Shown here: positions 20,082 through 28,928 of the stretch, one piece after another | Position numbering within the stretch: the first letter of the stretch is position 1 | Layout of the letters: every line of letters begins with the position of its first letter | Assembly: GCA_965279035.1 (NCBI GenBank) | Contig: OZ257142.1 | Span: 480,001-544,000 of the forward strand | Source: Bacteroidia bacterium | GTDB taxonomy: Bacteria; Bacteroidota; Bacteroidia; M30B66 | DNA: 64,000 nt | Direction of reading: 5' to 3' | Translations under genes and position numbers: made by a program | The notes under the pieces: generated by a model | Seen by the model: the letters and a program-made list of their open reading frames with translations, nothing else | What the model was told of the DNA's origin: nothing | The model's database searches: none

Positions 20082-20179
20082 AAGAGAGGACTTTGGTCAG
20101 GAATCTCTTTTCAAACCATCTCATTTTTTCAACCAAAAACCGGCTGCCTTTGCAACAAAAGACAGTCGGTTTTATTTTT
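20082..20179 (+). ncRNA. Candidate ECF-dependent small RNA (~98 nt)
   Basis: Lies between an ECF-type promoter and an intrinsic terminator. It has a 5' hairpin (AAGAGA 20082-87 / TCTCTT 20104-09) and a C/U-rich single-stranded middle, with no credible ORF. Confidence 0.5.
20136..20179 (+). terminator. Intrinsic terminator hairpin
   Basis: AAAACCGGCTGCCTTT pairs with AAAGACAGTCGGTTTT (one GU pair, one mismatch), running into TTTTATTTTT. Confidence 0.7.
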
Positions 20180-20213
20180 ACCAATAGCCCAAGAACGTTC
20201 GTAGTTTTGTGTG

Positions 20214-22076
20214 ATGATAACACACAGAATTTTGCTACGATTGGTTTTAGGATTCGTACTTCTCTTTCCTCAGGTTTCTAGTTCCCAAGCTAATTGGTGG
20301 AAAGATGCTGTATTCTATGAAGTGTTCGTTCGAAGTTTTTACGATAGCAACGGAGATGGTAAAGGCGACTTAAATGGTATCATTGAAAAGATGGACTATT
20401 TAAATGATGGAAACCCATCTACCAAAACAGATCTTGGAGTAAATGCCCTTTGGCTTATGCCAATCATGCCTTCGCCCAGCTATCATGGATATGATGTAAC
20501 TGATTATTACGGTGTTGAAAGTGATTACGGAACAAAGCAAGCCTTTAAAAACCTTATTGATAGTGCTCATGCCCATGGTATTAAGGTGATTATTGATTTG
20601 GTTTTGAACCATTCTTCTAGTTCGCATCCTTGGTTTCAATCAGCTTTGGGTTCTGTAAATAGTCCCTATCGTGATTATTATATTTGGGAAGATAGCAATC
20701 CGGGATTTCTGGGTCCTTGGGGACAAACGGTATGGTATCAACGAAATGGAAAGTGGAATTACGCTTTGTTCTGGAATGAAATGCCCGATTTGAATTACCG
20801 GAATGAAGGCGTTCAAGATGAAATGAAATCCGTTGCTCGTTATTGGGTTGATAGTATGCGGGTTGATGGATTTAGGCTCGATGCTATACAATATTTGGTT
20901 GAAGACGGAACTCAACTTTTGGGAACACCAGAAACCTTTGCCTATATTGAAGATTGGAGCGCAAACTTTAAGTCTGTTAATCCCGAAATTATGACCGTTG
21001 GAGAAGTTTGGTCGCCTACGGCAGTTGGTATTCAGTATGTGCAAAATGGCAGATTGGATATGTGTTTTGAATTTGATCTTGCTGAATCCATCATTAGTAG
21101 CATCGTTGCTGATAGTCCAGATGATTTTCAAAATATGATGAATACGGTGAACAGCTCATTTCCGGAAAGTCGCTACGGTACGTTTTTAACCAATCACGAT
21201 ATCAATCGTTCGTTCGATCAAATAGGCCAGAATACAGCTAAAGCAAAACTGGCTGCTGCTGTTTATCTTACATTACCAGGAACTCCGTTTATATATTATG
21301 GTGAAGAAATCGGGATGAGTGGAACAGGTAATGACGAAACCAAACGCAGGCCAATGCAATGGAGTAATCAAGGAAATGCTGGGTTTACGTGGGGCACACC
21401 TTGGGAATCTTTAGCTAGTAATTATACTGTAGTAAATGCTGCAGCTCAACAACAAGATTCGAGTTCACTTTGGCAAACGTATCGGACATTTATTGAGCTT
21501 CGGAAAGGTCAAACCGCTTTGCGAAAAGGAGCTTATAAAGTAATGGCTGATGTAAATCCTGAAGTTATTGGATATGCTCGTTATACAAATGATGAGTTGC
21601 TATTGGTTCTTCATAATTTCACGAGCACTAGTGTTTCTAATCTAGCATTTGCATTAGGAACAACCAATTTAGCAGAAGGGAATTATACCGTATTGGATCT
21701 TTTAAACCCCGATGATTTAATAGCCCCAATTAGTTTAGGTGCAACTGGGAATGTGGTTAATTATATGCCTGGAGTTGAAATACCTGCGTATGGAACACGC
21801 GTATTATCAGTTCAAATTTCCCCAGGATTCTCAACACTTGAAGTTTCGAACAATGTTCAAGTATTTCCAAACCCAGCTCAAGATAAAATAAACTTCAATT
21901 TTCCTTCTTCAGTAAAGTTAAAGTCTAGTCGGATATTTAATGAGAATGGGCAAGAATTAATGAAATCGAATACAGAGAACACACTCGATATTTCTAAACT
22001 TTCTTCTGGGATTTATCAAATAGAACTCAGGTTTGAGTCAGGAAAAAGAGTTCTTCGTTCTTTTATTAAGGAATGA
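20214..22076 (+). CDS. GH13 alpha-amylase with T9SS type A C-terminal domain
   Basis: Signal peptide; FYDSNGDGKGD, YHGYDVTDY, DLVLNH and catalytic GFRLDA / VGEVW / FLTNHD motifs; CTD VFPNPAQD...LSSGIY...FIKE. ATG 20214 lies 4 nt after TAGTTTTG. Confidence 0.93.
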   Translation: MITHRILLRLVLGFVLLFPQVSSSQANWWKDAVFYEVFVRSFYDSNGDGKGDLNGIIEKMDYLNDGNPSTKTDLGVNALWLMPIMPSPSYHGYDVTDYYGVESDYGTKQAFKNLIDSAHAHGIKVIIDLVLNHSSSSHPWFQSALGSVNSPYRDYYIWEDSNPGFLGPWGQTVWYQRNGKWNYALFWNEMPDLNYRNEGVQDEMKSVARYWVDSMRVDGFRLDAIQYLVEDGTQLLGTPETFAYIEDWSANFKSVNPEIMTVGEVWSPTAVGIQYVQNGRLDMCFEFDLAESIISSIVADSPDDFQNMMNTVNSSFPESRYGTFLTNHDINRSFDQIGQNTAKAKLAAAVYLTLPGTPFIYYGEEIGMSGTGNDETKRRPMQWSNQGNAGFTWGTPWESLASNYTVVNAAAQQQDSSSLWQTYRTFIELRKGQTALRKGAYKVMADVNPEVIGYARYTNDELLLVLHNFTSTSVSNLAFALGTTNLAEGNYTVLDLLNPDDLIAPISLGATGNVVNYMPGVEIPAYGTRVLSVQISPGFSTLEVSNNVQVFPNPAQDKINFNFPSSVKLKSSRIFNENGQELMKSNTENTLDISKLSSGIYQIELRFESGKRVLRSFIKE

Positions 22077-22131
22077 AATAAGGAGTTGAATTAATTTATT
22101 TGAAAAGCATTTCGAACATTACGTTCAATAA

Positions 22132-22166
22132 AAAAGCGGGCTGTTCAATAAGAACAGCCCGCTTTT
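22132..22166. terminator. Bidirectional intrinsic terminator
   Basis: AAAAGCGGGCTGTTC-aataa-GAACAGCCCGCTTTT perfect stem between convergent genes, with A/T tails on both sides. Confidence 0.9.
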
Positions 22167-22183
22167 ATTTCTTCAATCGATGA

Positions 22184-23062
22184 TTACTTATCTATTGTAA
22201 TCACTAAGTATTTAGAAGATCTCCAAAAAGTTTCAGAATTGGTGATTGTTAAACTTTTCACCATTTTCTTACCATCCATTTCCAATTTGTATGAACTCGT
22301 TGGGTGATTGGTAACAAGTTTTGCATTCTTTCCTCCAACATTAATGGACTTAACTTTAGAGATGTCCACTTGAGTAAAATAATCTTGATTGAAATCTGAT
22401 TTCAACAATTTCTTTTTACCCAAACCTAGGAAACCACCTTCTTTGTTTAACACTTTATTGTCGCGCAACTCTTTGTATGTCCCTACAGTGTAATAAGCTG
22501 TATTGATTTTAGTTGTTTGTTGCTCGATCGTTTGAGTTTTGCTAGCACTTTCTGTTTGAAGTCCAGTAATAGCTGTGTTCATCTCATTAATTTGGATGTT
22601 CATAGCTGCCAATTGCTCTTTCAAGGTTCCAATTTCCTTGTCTTTCTCAGCTAATTGCTCTGTCATTCGAGTAATCATTTTCTCAAACTCAGCAATTTTG
22701 AGGTTCGACTTTTTCAAACGCGATTGAAGGGAAGCAATTTTACTTTTGTTCTCTTCCATCAATTCATTGATAAAATTGATGTCTTCGTTGATTCTGTCTT
22801 TTGCAGATCCTTGAAGTTCAGCACCTCCTTCGGTTGCAGAAGATTTAATCGCACCTTGCTTTTGTTTCACTTGAGAAAGATTGTCTTCAATCTCATTGAG
22901 TGATTCCATAAAGGAATTGATCGTAGAATCTTTGGTAGCAGCTTCTTTTGCTAAGGCAGCTTTTTCGGCTTTTAAAGCTTCCATTTCGGGATTTGGCTCA
23001 TCACCTCCCTTGCAACCAGCAAGAGCGAGCACTACAGCGGCTGCATACAGAAAACGTTTCAT
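22184..23062 (-). CDS. Conserved Bacteroidota coiled-coil lipoprotein (Cbp1-like family)
   Basis: LALAG-C lipobox, long heptad coiled coil, and a C-terminal domain TAYYTVGTYKEL...FNQDYFTQVDI...LVTNHPTSSY...FWRSSKYLVI. Confidence 0.7.
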   Translation of the reverse strand: MKRFLYAAAVVLALAGCKGGDEPNPEMEALKAEKAALAKEAATKDSTINSFMESLNEIEDNLSQVKQKQGAIKSSATEGGAELQGSAKDRINEDINFINELMEENKSKIASLQSRLKKSNLKIAEFEKMITRMTEQLAEKDKEIGTLKEQLAAMNIQINEMNTAITGLQTESASKTQTIEQQTTKINTAYYTVGTYKELRDNKVLNKEGGFLGLGKKKLLKSDFNQDYFTQVDISKVKSINVGGKNAKLVTNHPTSSYKLEMDGKKMVKSLTITNSETFWRSSKYLVITIDK

Positions 23063-23326
23063 AGAATTTTAGGGTTTTGATATAATTCGTGGACAAAGGT
23101 AGATGCTTAAAACCGCCTGAACGGCCAATAAATGGTACAACCTTACAGAAAGAATACACGGTTATAAAGCCTATCGTTCCTGAGAATTGTTGATAACAAA
23201 CGCATTCCTATGAATTCTAATTGTCCCGATGTAAGGAATGAAAACAGTTTATCCATCCGTTGAAATTATCGTCCAATTCCAAACATTCACCCCTTGAATC
23301 AGCGTTAGCCGAACGCCCCATTTTTC

Positions 23327-23334
23327 TATCTTTG
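23327..23334 (+). promoter_or_regulatory. -7 promoter element TATCTTTG for ileS
   Basis: Exact TAnnTTTG match 28 nt upstream of the ATG. Confidence 0.7.
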
Positions 23335-23362
23335 CGCCCCTAATCCGCATAGGATCTCGCAT

Positions 23363-26300
23363 ATGCATTACCCAGAACAAAAAAACTTAAACCTGCCCGC
23401 CATTGCTGATGAAGTATTGGATTGGTGGGAACTACATAAGGTCTTCGAATCTTCCGTTTCTACGCGCGAAGGAAAGCCGTCATTCACTTTTTACGAAGGT
23501 CCTCCATCGGCCAACGGACTTCCCGGCATTCACCACGTAATGGCGAGAACCATCAAGGATCTATTTTGTCGATATAAAACGCTCCAAGGTTTTCAAGTAA
23601 AACGAAAAGCAGGTTGGGACACTCATGGTTTGCCAGTTGAGTTAGGTGTTGAAAAAGCACTCGGAATTACCAAAGAAGATATTGGCAAAAGCATCAGTAT
23701 CGAAGAGTATAATATAGCCTGCCGCGAAGATGTGATGAAGTTTACCGGCGTTTGGAATGACCTCACCCGTCGCATGGGCTATTGGGTAGATATGGATAAT
23801 CCATACATCACCTACGAAAACAAATACATCGAAAGTGTTTGGTGGTTACTTGGTCAATTGCACGAAAAAGGACTTCTTTATAAAGGATTTACAATACAAC
23901 CTTATTCTCCCGCTGCAGGCACAGGACTTAGTTCGCACGAACTGAACATGCCAGGAACATACAAAGACGTAAAAGACACTACCATTGTCGCGCAGTTTAA
24001 GGTGAAAGCCGATGATAAAGTGAAAGCACTTTTCGCCGGAATCAATCTCGAAAACCTAAGCTTCATGGCTTGGACGACAACACCTTGGACGCTTCCTTCA
24101 AATACTGCTTTAAGTGTTGGAAAGAACATTCGATATGTTGCTGTAAGTACCTTCAATCCCTATGTTCACACACCATGCACTGTAATTCTTGCAAAAGATT
24201 TATTAGGTCGATTCTTTCTCGAGAAAAATGCTGAATTGGAATTGTCGTCTTATAAAGCAGGCGACAAAGCAATTCCATTCACCATTGTTGGAGAATATAG
24301 CGGTGCAGAATTAGTAGGCATTCGATATGAACAACTTCTTCCCTATGCGCAACCAACCGATGGCGATGCTTTCAAGGTAATTACCGGAGATTTTGTGACT
24401 ACTGAAGATGGAACTGGAATCGTACACACCGCACCTAGCTTTGGTGCAGACGATTTTAAAGTGGCTCGTCAACACGGAATTGGCTCATTGACATTGGTCG
24501 ATTTACAAGGTCGTTTTGTGCCGGAAGTGAATGATACTGTTTTTGGTTTTGCACATGAATACGTGAAAGAGCAATACCTCAATGAGGATGAAAAGGCCGC
24601 AGAGCTTGCGCTTCAGCAAGAACATCTGAAACATATCATTCCTCACTTGGAAAAATACATGAGTGTGGATGAACGCATCGCCCTCAAATTAAAGATTGAA
24701 GGGAAAGCGTTCAAGATTGAAAAATACGATCACACTTATCCTCATTGCTGGAGAACCGATAAGCCTATTTTGTATTATCCATTGGATAGTTGGTTTATCA
24801 AATCAACAGCTGTAAAAGATCGCTTGATTGAACTCAACAAAACCATCCACTGGAAACCAGAAAGTACCGGAACTGGACGTTTTGGAAACTGGCTAGAGAA
24901 CTTGCAAGATTGGAACTTAAGCCGCAGCCGTTATTGGGGAATTCCAATTCCCATTTGGACGAGCGAGGATCGTTCTGAGCAAATCATTATTTCTTCGGCT
25001 GAACAACTTCGTTCAGAAATTGAAAAAGCAATTGCAGCGGGAATCATGAGCCAGAATCCGCTTGGAGCATTTGTTCCAGGCGATATGAGTGAAGAAAACT
25101 ACCGCAGTTTCGATCTGCATCGTCCGTATGCTGATGACATATTCCTTGTTTCGGCAAGTGGGAAGAAGATGAAACGCGAAAGCGATTTGATTGATGTATG
25201 GTTTGATTCAGGCGCAATGCCTTATGCGCAGTGGCATTATCCGTTTGAGAATAAAGACTTAGTCGATAGTGGAAAAGCCTTCCCTGCGGATTTCATTGCC
25301 GAAGGTGTAGACCAAACGCGTGGTTGGTTTTTTACGCTACATGCGATTGGAACGATGGTATTCGACTCGGTTGCGTTTAAAAACGTGGTGTCGAACGGAT
25401 TGGTGCTCGATAAGAATGGCAATAAAATGTCGAAACGTTTGGGGAATGGAGTTGATCCGTTTGAAACGCTCAGTCAATATGGTCCTGATGCCACACGTTG
25501 GTACATGATCGGAAATGCTCAGCCTTGGGATAATTTGAAGTTTAATGTGGATGGTATTTCAGAAGTTCAACGGAAATTTTTCGGAACGCTCTATAATACC
25601 TATGCATTCTTTGCGCTTTACGCCAATATCGACAAGTTTAACATGGACTTTTCGAATCAAATTCCGGTTCAAGATCGACCTGAAATTGATCGTTGGATTT
25701 TATCGCGATTAAATAGCTTGAAGAAAGAAGTAGCTGAAAAGTTAGATGACTACGATCCGACTCCTGCCGTTAGAGCCATTGAGGAATTTGTTAGTGAGCA
25801 ATTAAGTAATTGGTATGTCCGTTTAGGCCGTCGTCGTTTTTGGCGGAGTGAAAGTGATTCCGATAAACAAGCAGCCTACGAAACTTTGTATGAATGTTTG
25901 CTTGTTGTTTCGCAGTTGATGAGTCCGGTAGCTCCTTTCTTTGGCGAATGGTTATTCCGGAATCTACATGCAGCTAGCGATTCGGGAAAAATAAATTCGG
26001 TTCATTTGAGCGAATGGCCTATCGTGAATGAATCGTTGATTGATTCTGATTTAGAAGAACGAATGGAGCTTGCACAACGCTATACCTCAATGATATTGGG
26101 ATTGCGAAAAAAAGTAAACATACGAGTTCGTCAACCTTTGCAAAAAATCATGGTCCCCGTGATTGATCCGCATATTAAAACCCAGTTGAATGCCGTTAAA
26201 GATCTCATCCTTTCTGAAACCAACGTCAAAGAATTGGAGTATGTAGGAGATGATACGGGTGTGATTGAAAAGAAAATCAAACCCGATTTTAAAGCATTAG

Positions 26301-26806
26301 GACCTAAATACGGGAAGTTGATGAAGAGCATCGCTGCAGTTGTAAATACCCTAGAAACGCCGCAGATTAATCAATTGCAGCGAGAAGGAAAGCTTGCGGT
26401 GATGGTCGAAGGGCAAGAAATTGTATTAAGTCCAGAAGACGTAGAAATATTCACGGAAGATATTCCGGGATGGCTTGTCGCTAGCGAAGGCTCCTATACT
26501 GTTGCTCTCGATATCACCCTTAGTGAAGGACTTTTGGAAGAAGGTCTTGCGCGTGAGCTTGTGAATAAGATTCAGAACTTACGCAAGACCAGTGGATTAG
26601 AGGTAACTGACAGTATTGAAATCATTGTGCAAAACCATCCAGCATTGACTGCTGCAATCGAGAACAATAAAACCTATATTTGCGCCGAAACCCTTGGAGC
26701 ATCACTGACCATTGTCAATGATGGCGCGGCTTCCGGTGGTTCTTTAGTAGAACTAACAGAAGACATCTCCACGGTAATCAACATCTCTAAACTGAACGGA
26801 CTATGA
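23363..26806 (+). CDS. ileS: Isoleucine--tRNA ligase (IleRS2 type)
   Basis: FYEGPPSANGLPGIHH, GWDTHGLPVE, WTTTPWTLP, DWNLSRSRYWG and KMSKR motifs; C-terminal EGLARELVNKIQNLRK with no zinc-finger tail. Confidence 0.97.
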   Translation: MHYPEQKNLNLPAIADEVLDWWELHKVFESSVSTREGKPSFTFYEGPPSANGLPGIHHVMARTIKDLFCRYKTLQGFQVKRKAGWDTHGLPVELGVEKALGITKEDIGKSISIEEYNIACREDVMKFTGVWNDLTRRMGYWVDMDNPYITYENKYIESVWWLLGQLHEKGLLYKGFTIQPYSPAAGTGLSSHELNMPGTYKDVKDTTIVAQFKVKADDKVKALFAGINLENLSFMAWTTTPWTLPSNTALSVGKNIRYVAVSTFNPYVHTPCTVILAKDLLGRFFLEKNAELELSSYKAGDKAIPFTIVGEYSGAELVGIRYEQLLPYAQPTDGDAFKVITGDFVTTEDGTGIVHTAPSFGADDFKVARQHGIGSLTLVDLQGRFVPEVNDTVFGFAHEYVKEQYLNEDEKAAELALQQEHLKHIIPHLEKYMSVDERIALKLKIEGKAFKIEKYDHTYPHCWRTDKPILYYPLDSWFIKSTAVKDRLIELNKTIHWKPESTGTGRFGNWLENLQDWNLSRSRYWGIPIPIWTSEDRSEQIIISSAEQLRSEIEKAIAAGIMSQNPLGAFVPGDMSEENYRSFDLHRPYADDIFLVSASGKKMKRESDLIDVWFDSGAMPYAQWHYPFENKDLVDSGKAFPADFIAEGVDQTRGWFFTLHAIGTMVFDSVAFKNVVSNGLVLDKNGNKMSKRLGNGVDPFETLSQYGPDATRWYMIGNAQPWDNLKFNVDGISEVQRKFFGTLYNTYAFFALYANIDKFNMDFSNQIPVQDRPEIDRWILSRLNSLKKEVAEKLDDYDPTPAVRAIEEFVSEQLSNWYVRLGRRRFWRSESDSDKQAAYETLYECLLVVSQLMSPVAPFFGEWLFRNLHAASDSGKINSVHLSEWPIVNESLIDSDLEERMELAQRYTSMILGLRKKVNIRVRQPLQKIMVPVIDPHIKTQLNAVKDLILSETNVKELEYVGDDTGVIEKKIKPDFKALGPKYGKLMKSIAAVVNTLETPQINQLQREGKLAVMVEGQEIVLSPEDVEIFTEDIPGWLVASEGSYTVALDITLSEGLLEEGLARELVNKIQNLRKTSGLEVTDSIEIIVQNHPALTAAIENNKTYICAETLGASLTIVNDGAASGGSLVELTEDISTVINISKLNGL

Positions 26807-27183
26807 GCCAACAGGAAAAAAACCGTTACAACCCGGAAGAGTTGCAGGAGTTTAAGGACATCATTGAAAAGAAATTGGACGAAGCCCGCAAGGACTACGA
26901 CCTTCTTAAAAGTGCTTTTTCGAATAAAGACGATCATGGAACGGATGATACTTCGCCTACTTTCAAATTATTGGAAGAAGGATCGGATGTTCTTTCTAAA
27001 GAAGAAACAGGTCAATTGGCATCACGCCAAAAGAAGTTTATCGAAAATCTCGAAGCTGCTCTTATCAGGATCCAAAACAACACCTACGGCATTTGCCGCG
27101 TTACTGGAAAACTAATTCCTAAAGAACGTTTGCGGATTGTTCCGCATGCAACACTTAGCATTGAAGCTAAAAACTTACAGTAA
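26803..27183 (+). CDS. dksA: TraR/DksA family transcription factor
   Basis: Coiled coil with acidic tip (DDHGTDDTS) and ALIRIQNNTYGICRVTGKLIPKERLRIVPHATLS; conserved ileS-dksA-lspA order. Confidence 0.85.
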   Translation: MSQQEKNRYNPEELQEFKDIIEKKLDEARKDYDLLKSAFSNKDDHGTDDTSPTFKLLEEGSDVLSKEETGQLASRQKKFIENLEAALIRIQNNTYGICRVTGKLIPKERLRIVPHATLSIEAKNLQ

Positions 27184-27192
27184 ACCATTCCG

Positions 27193-27221
27193 GCCCCGCG
27201 CATGCCGCGGGGCTTTTTTTT
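27193..27221 (+). terminator. Intrinsic terminator between dksA and lspA
   Basis: GCCCCGCG-catgc-CGCGGGGC followed by T8. Confidence 0.8.
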
Positions 27222-27234
27222 GATTCGTGCTCCC

Positions 27235-27861
27235 TTGAAGAAATCCCTTCTTATTTTGTTTTCGGTATTGTTCGTGGATCAAACCGTTAAGTATCTGATT
27301 AAAACAAATCTGATGCTTGGTGAATCTATTCAAGTTGCTGGGAATTGGTGCTATCTCACTTTTGTTGAAAATAATGGGATGGCATTCGGGATGGAATTTG
27401 GGGGAGAATTCGGAAAGTTATTTTTAAGTTTATTCCGAGTAGTGGTTGTTGGCACCATGTGTTACTTCTTACTTAAAGCGTCCAAAGAGAAAAAATTACA
27501 TCCTGGATTACAGATTTCTTTTTCCTTAATCATTGCCGGAGCCATCGGAAATATTATTGATAGCGCATTTTACGGATTGATTTACAATGATAGTTTTGGA
27601 CAGGTCGCAAGCTTATTTCCTGCCGAAGGTGGATACGGTACTTTTCTTCATGGACGTGTGGTTGATATGTTTTATTTCCCACTATTTGAAGGACATTTTC
27701 CTTCGTGGTCGCCCATTTATCCAAGCGAAGAATTCATCTTTTTTAGTCCCGTGTTCAATGTTGCCGACTTCTCTATCAGCATTGGAGCTGTAATCTTTCT
27801 TTTCTACCAGAAGCATTTTTTCCAGGAAAAGAAAAAAGAAGAGTCTGTTATTGAGGCTTAA
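27235..27861 (+). CDS. lspA: Lipoprotein signal peptidase (SPase II)
   Basis: DQTVK, ENNGMAFG, GAIGNIID, GRVVDM and FNVAD motifs. Likely start is TTG 27235 (LKKSLLIL), downstream of the terminator hairpin. Confidence 0.93.
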   Translation: MKKSLLILFSVLFVDQTVKYLIKTNLMLGESIQVAGNWCYLTFVENNGMAFGMEFGGEFGKLFLSLFRVVVVGTMCYFLLKASKEKKLHPGLQISFSLIIAGAIGNIIDSAFYGLIYNDSFGQVASLFPAEGGYGTFLHGRVVDMFYFPLFEGHFPSWSPIYPSEEFIFFSPVFNVADFSISIGAVIFLFYQKHFFQEKKKEESVIEA

Positions 27862-27862
27862 A

Positions 27863-28858
27863 TTAAGCTGGTAGCCAACCTTTTTCAAGCATCAATTCCG
27901 CAATTTGGATAGCATTGGTTGCAGCTCCTTTACGCAGATTGTCTGATACAATCCACATGTTTAACGTCTTATCCTGACTTTCATCGCGGCGTAAACGTCC
28001 CACAAAAACCTCATCCCGATTGTTCGCATTGATGGGCATTGGATATTTGTTGTGCATCACATCATCTTCCACAATTACACCTGGTGCATTGGATAATATT
28101 TCGCGCAATTCTGCCAAATCAAATTCCTTTTCGAATTCCACATTCACCGATTCGGAATGCCCGCCAATTACAGGAACACGAACAGTCGTTGCAGTTAATC
28201 GTATGTGATTATCACCCATAATTTTACGGGTTTCGTTAAGCATTTTCATCTCTTCTTTGGTGTATCCATTTTCTTGGAAGGAATCAATGTGTGGTAAAAT
28301 GTTGAGGTCGATTGGATGAGGATAAGCTGGTTCTCCCAATGTGCCTTTGCGTTCATTAATTAATTGCTGAACGGCTTTCAAACCGGTACCAGTAACACTT
28401 TGATAGGTTGAAACTACAATGCGTTTGATCGTGTATTTCTTATGCAATGGCTGTAAGGCAACTACCATTTGGATTGTAGAGCAATTGGGGTTGGCTATAA
28501 TTTTATCTTCAGCAGTCAACGCATCAGCATTCACTTCGGGAACAATCAACTTCTTTGTAGGATCCATCCGCCAGGCTGATGAATTATCAATCACCACACA
28601 ACCAATCGCTTCAAATTTTGGCGCCCATTCTAAGGAAGTACTCCCGCCCGCCGAAAACAAGGCTAAATCGGGTTCAAGCAATAATGCATTTTCCGGTGTA
28701 AGTACTGTCCATTCTTCATTATTAAACTTCACTCTTCTGCCAGCCGATCGCTCCGAAGCTACTGGAATTAAAACAGATACAGGAAAATTACGTTCCTGAA
28801 GAATTTGGAGCATTTTATTACCAACCAATCCGGTGGCACCTACAACAGCTACTTTCAT
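27863..28858 (-). CDS. asd: Aspartate-semialdehyde dehydrogenase
   Basis: VVGATGLVG, IDNSSAWRM, ANPNCSTIQ, STYQSVTGTG and SDNLRKGAATNA motifs. Confidence 0.97.
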   Translation of the reverse strand: MKVAVVGATGLVGNKMLQILQERNFPVSVLIPVASERSAGRRVKFNNEEWTVLTPENALLLEPDLALFSAGGSTSLEWAPKFEAIGCVVIDNSSAWRMDPTKKLIVPEVNADALTAEDKIIANPNCSTIQMVVALQPLHKKYTIKRIVVSTYQSVTGTGLKAVQQLINERKGTLGEPAYPHPIDLNILPHIDSFQENGYTKEEMKMLNETRKIMGDNHIRLTATTVRVPVIGGHSESVNVEFEKEFDLAELREILSNAPGVIVEDDVMHNKYPMPINANNRDEVFVGRLRRDESQDKTLNMWIVSDNLRKGAATNAIQIAELMLEKGWLPA

Positions 28859-28928
28859 TTACAGCAGAAGTTTTGTTTCTTTAACCAATAGAATTCTGTC
28901 AAAAGTAATCATTCGTATACCTTGATTT

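Noticed and set aside
20093-20281. 62-aa ORF overlapping the candidate sRNA and the amylase start
   Set aside because: It has a TTG start, runs through a terminator hairpin, overlaps the amylase out of frame and has no recognisable protein features.
23063-23362. T-box or riboswitch, or a third ECF promoter (TACAAC-N17-CGGT at 23136-23162), in the 300-nt region upstream of ileS
   Set aside because: The ileS -7 box is only 28 nt from the ATG, leaving no room for a leader, and no T-box motif is present. The ECF-like match is degenerate in both elements and has no terminator behind it.
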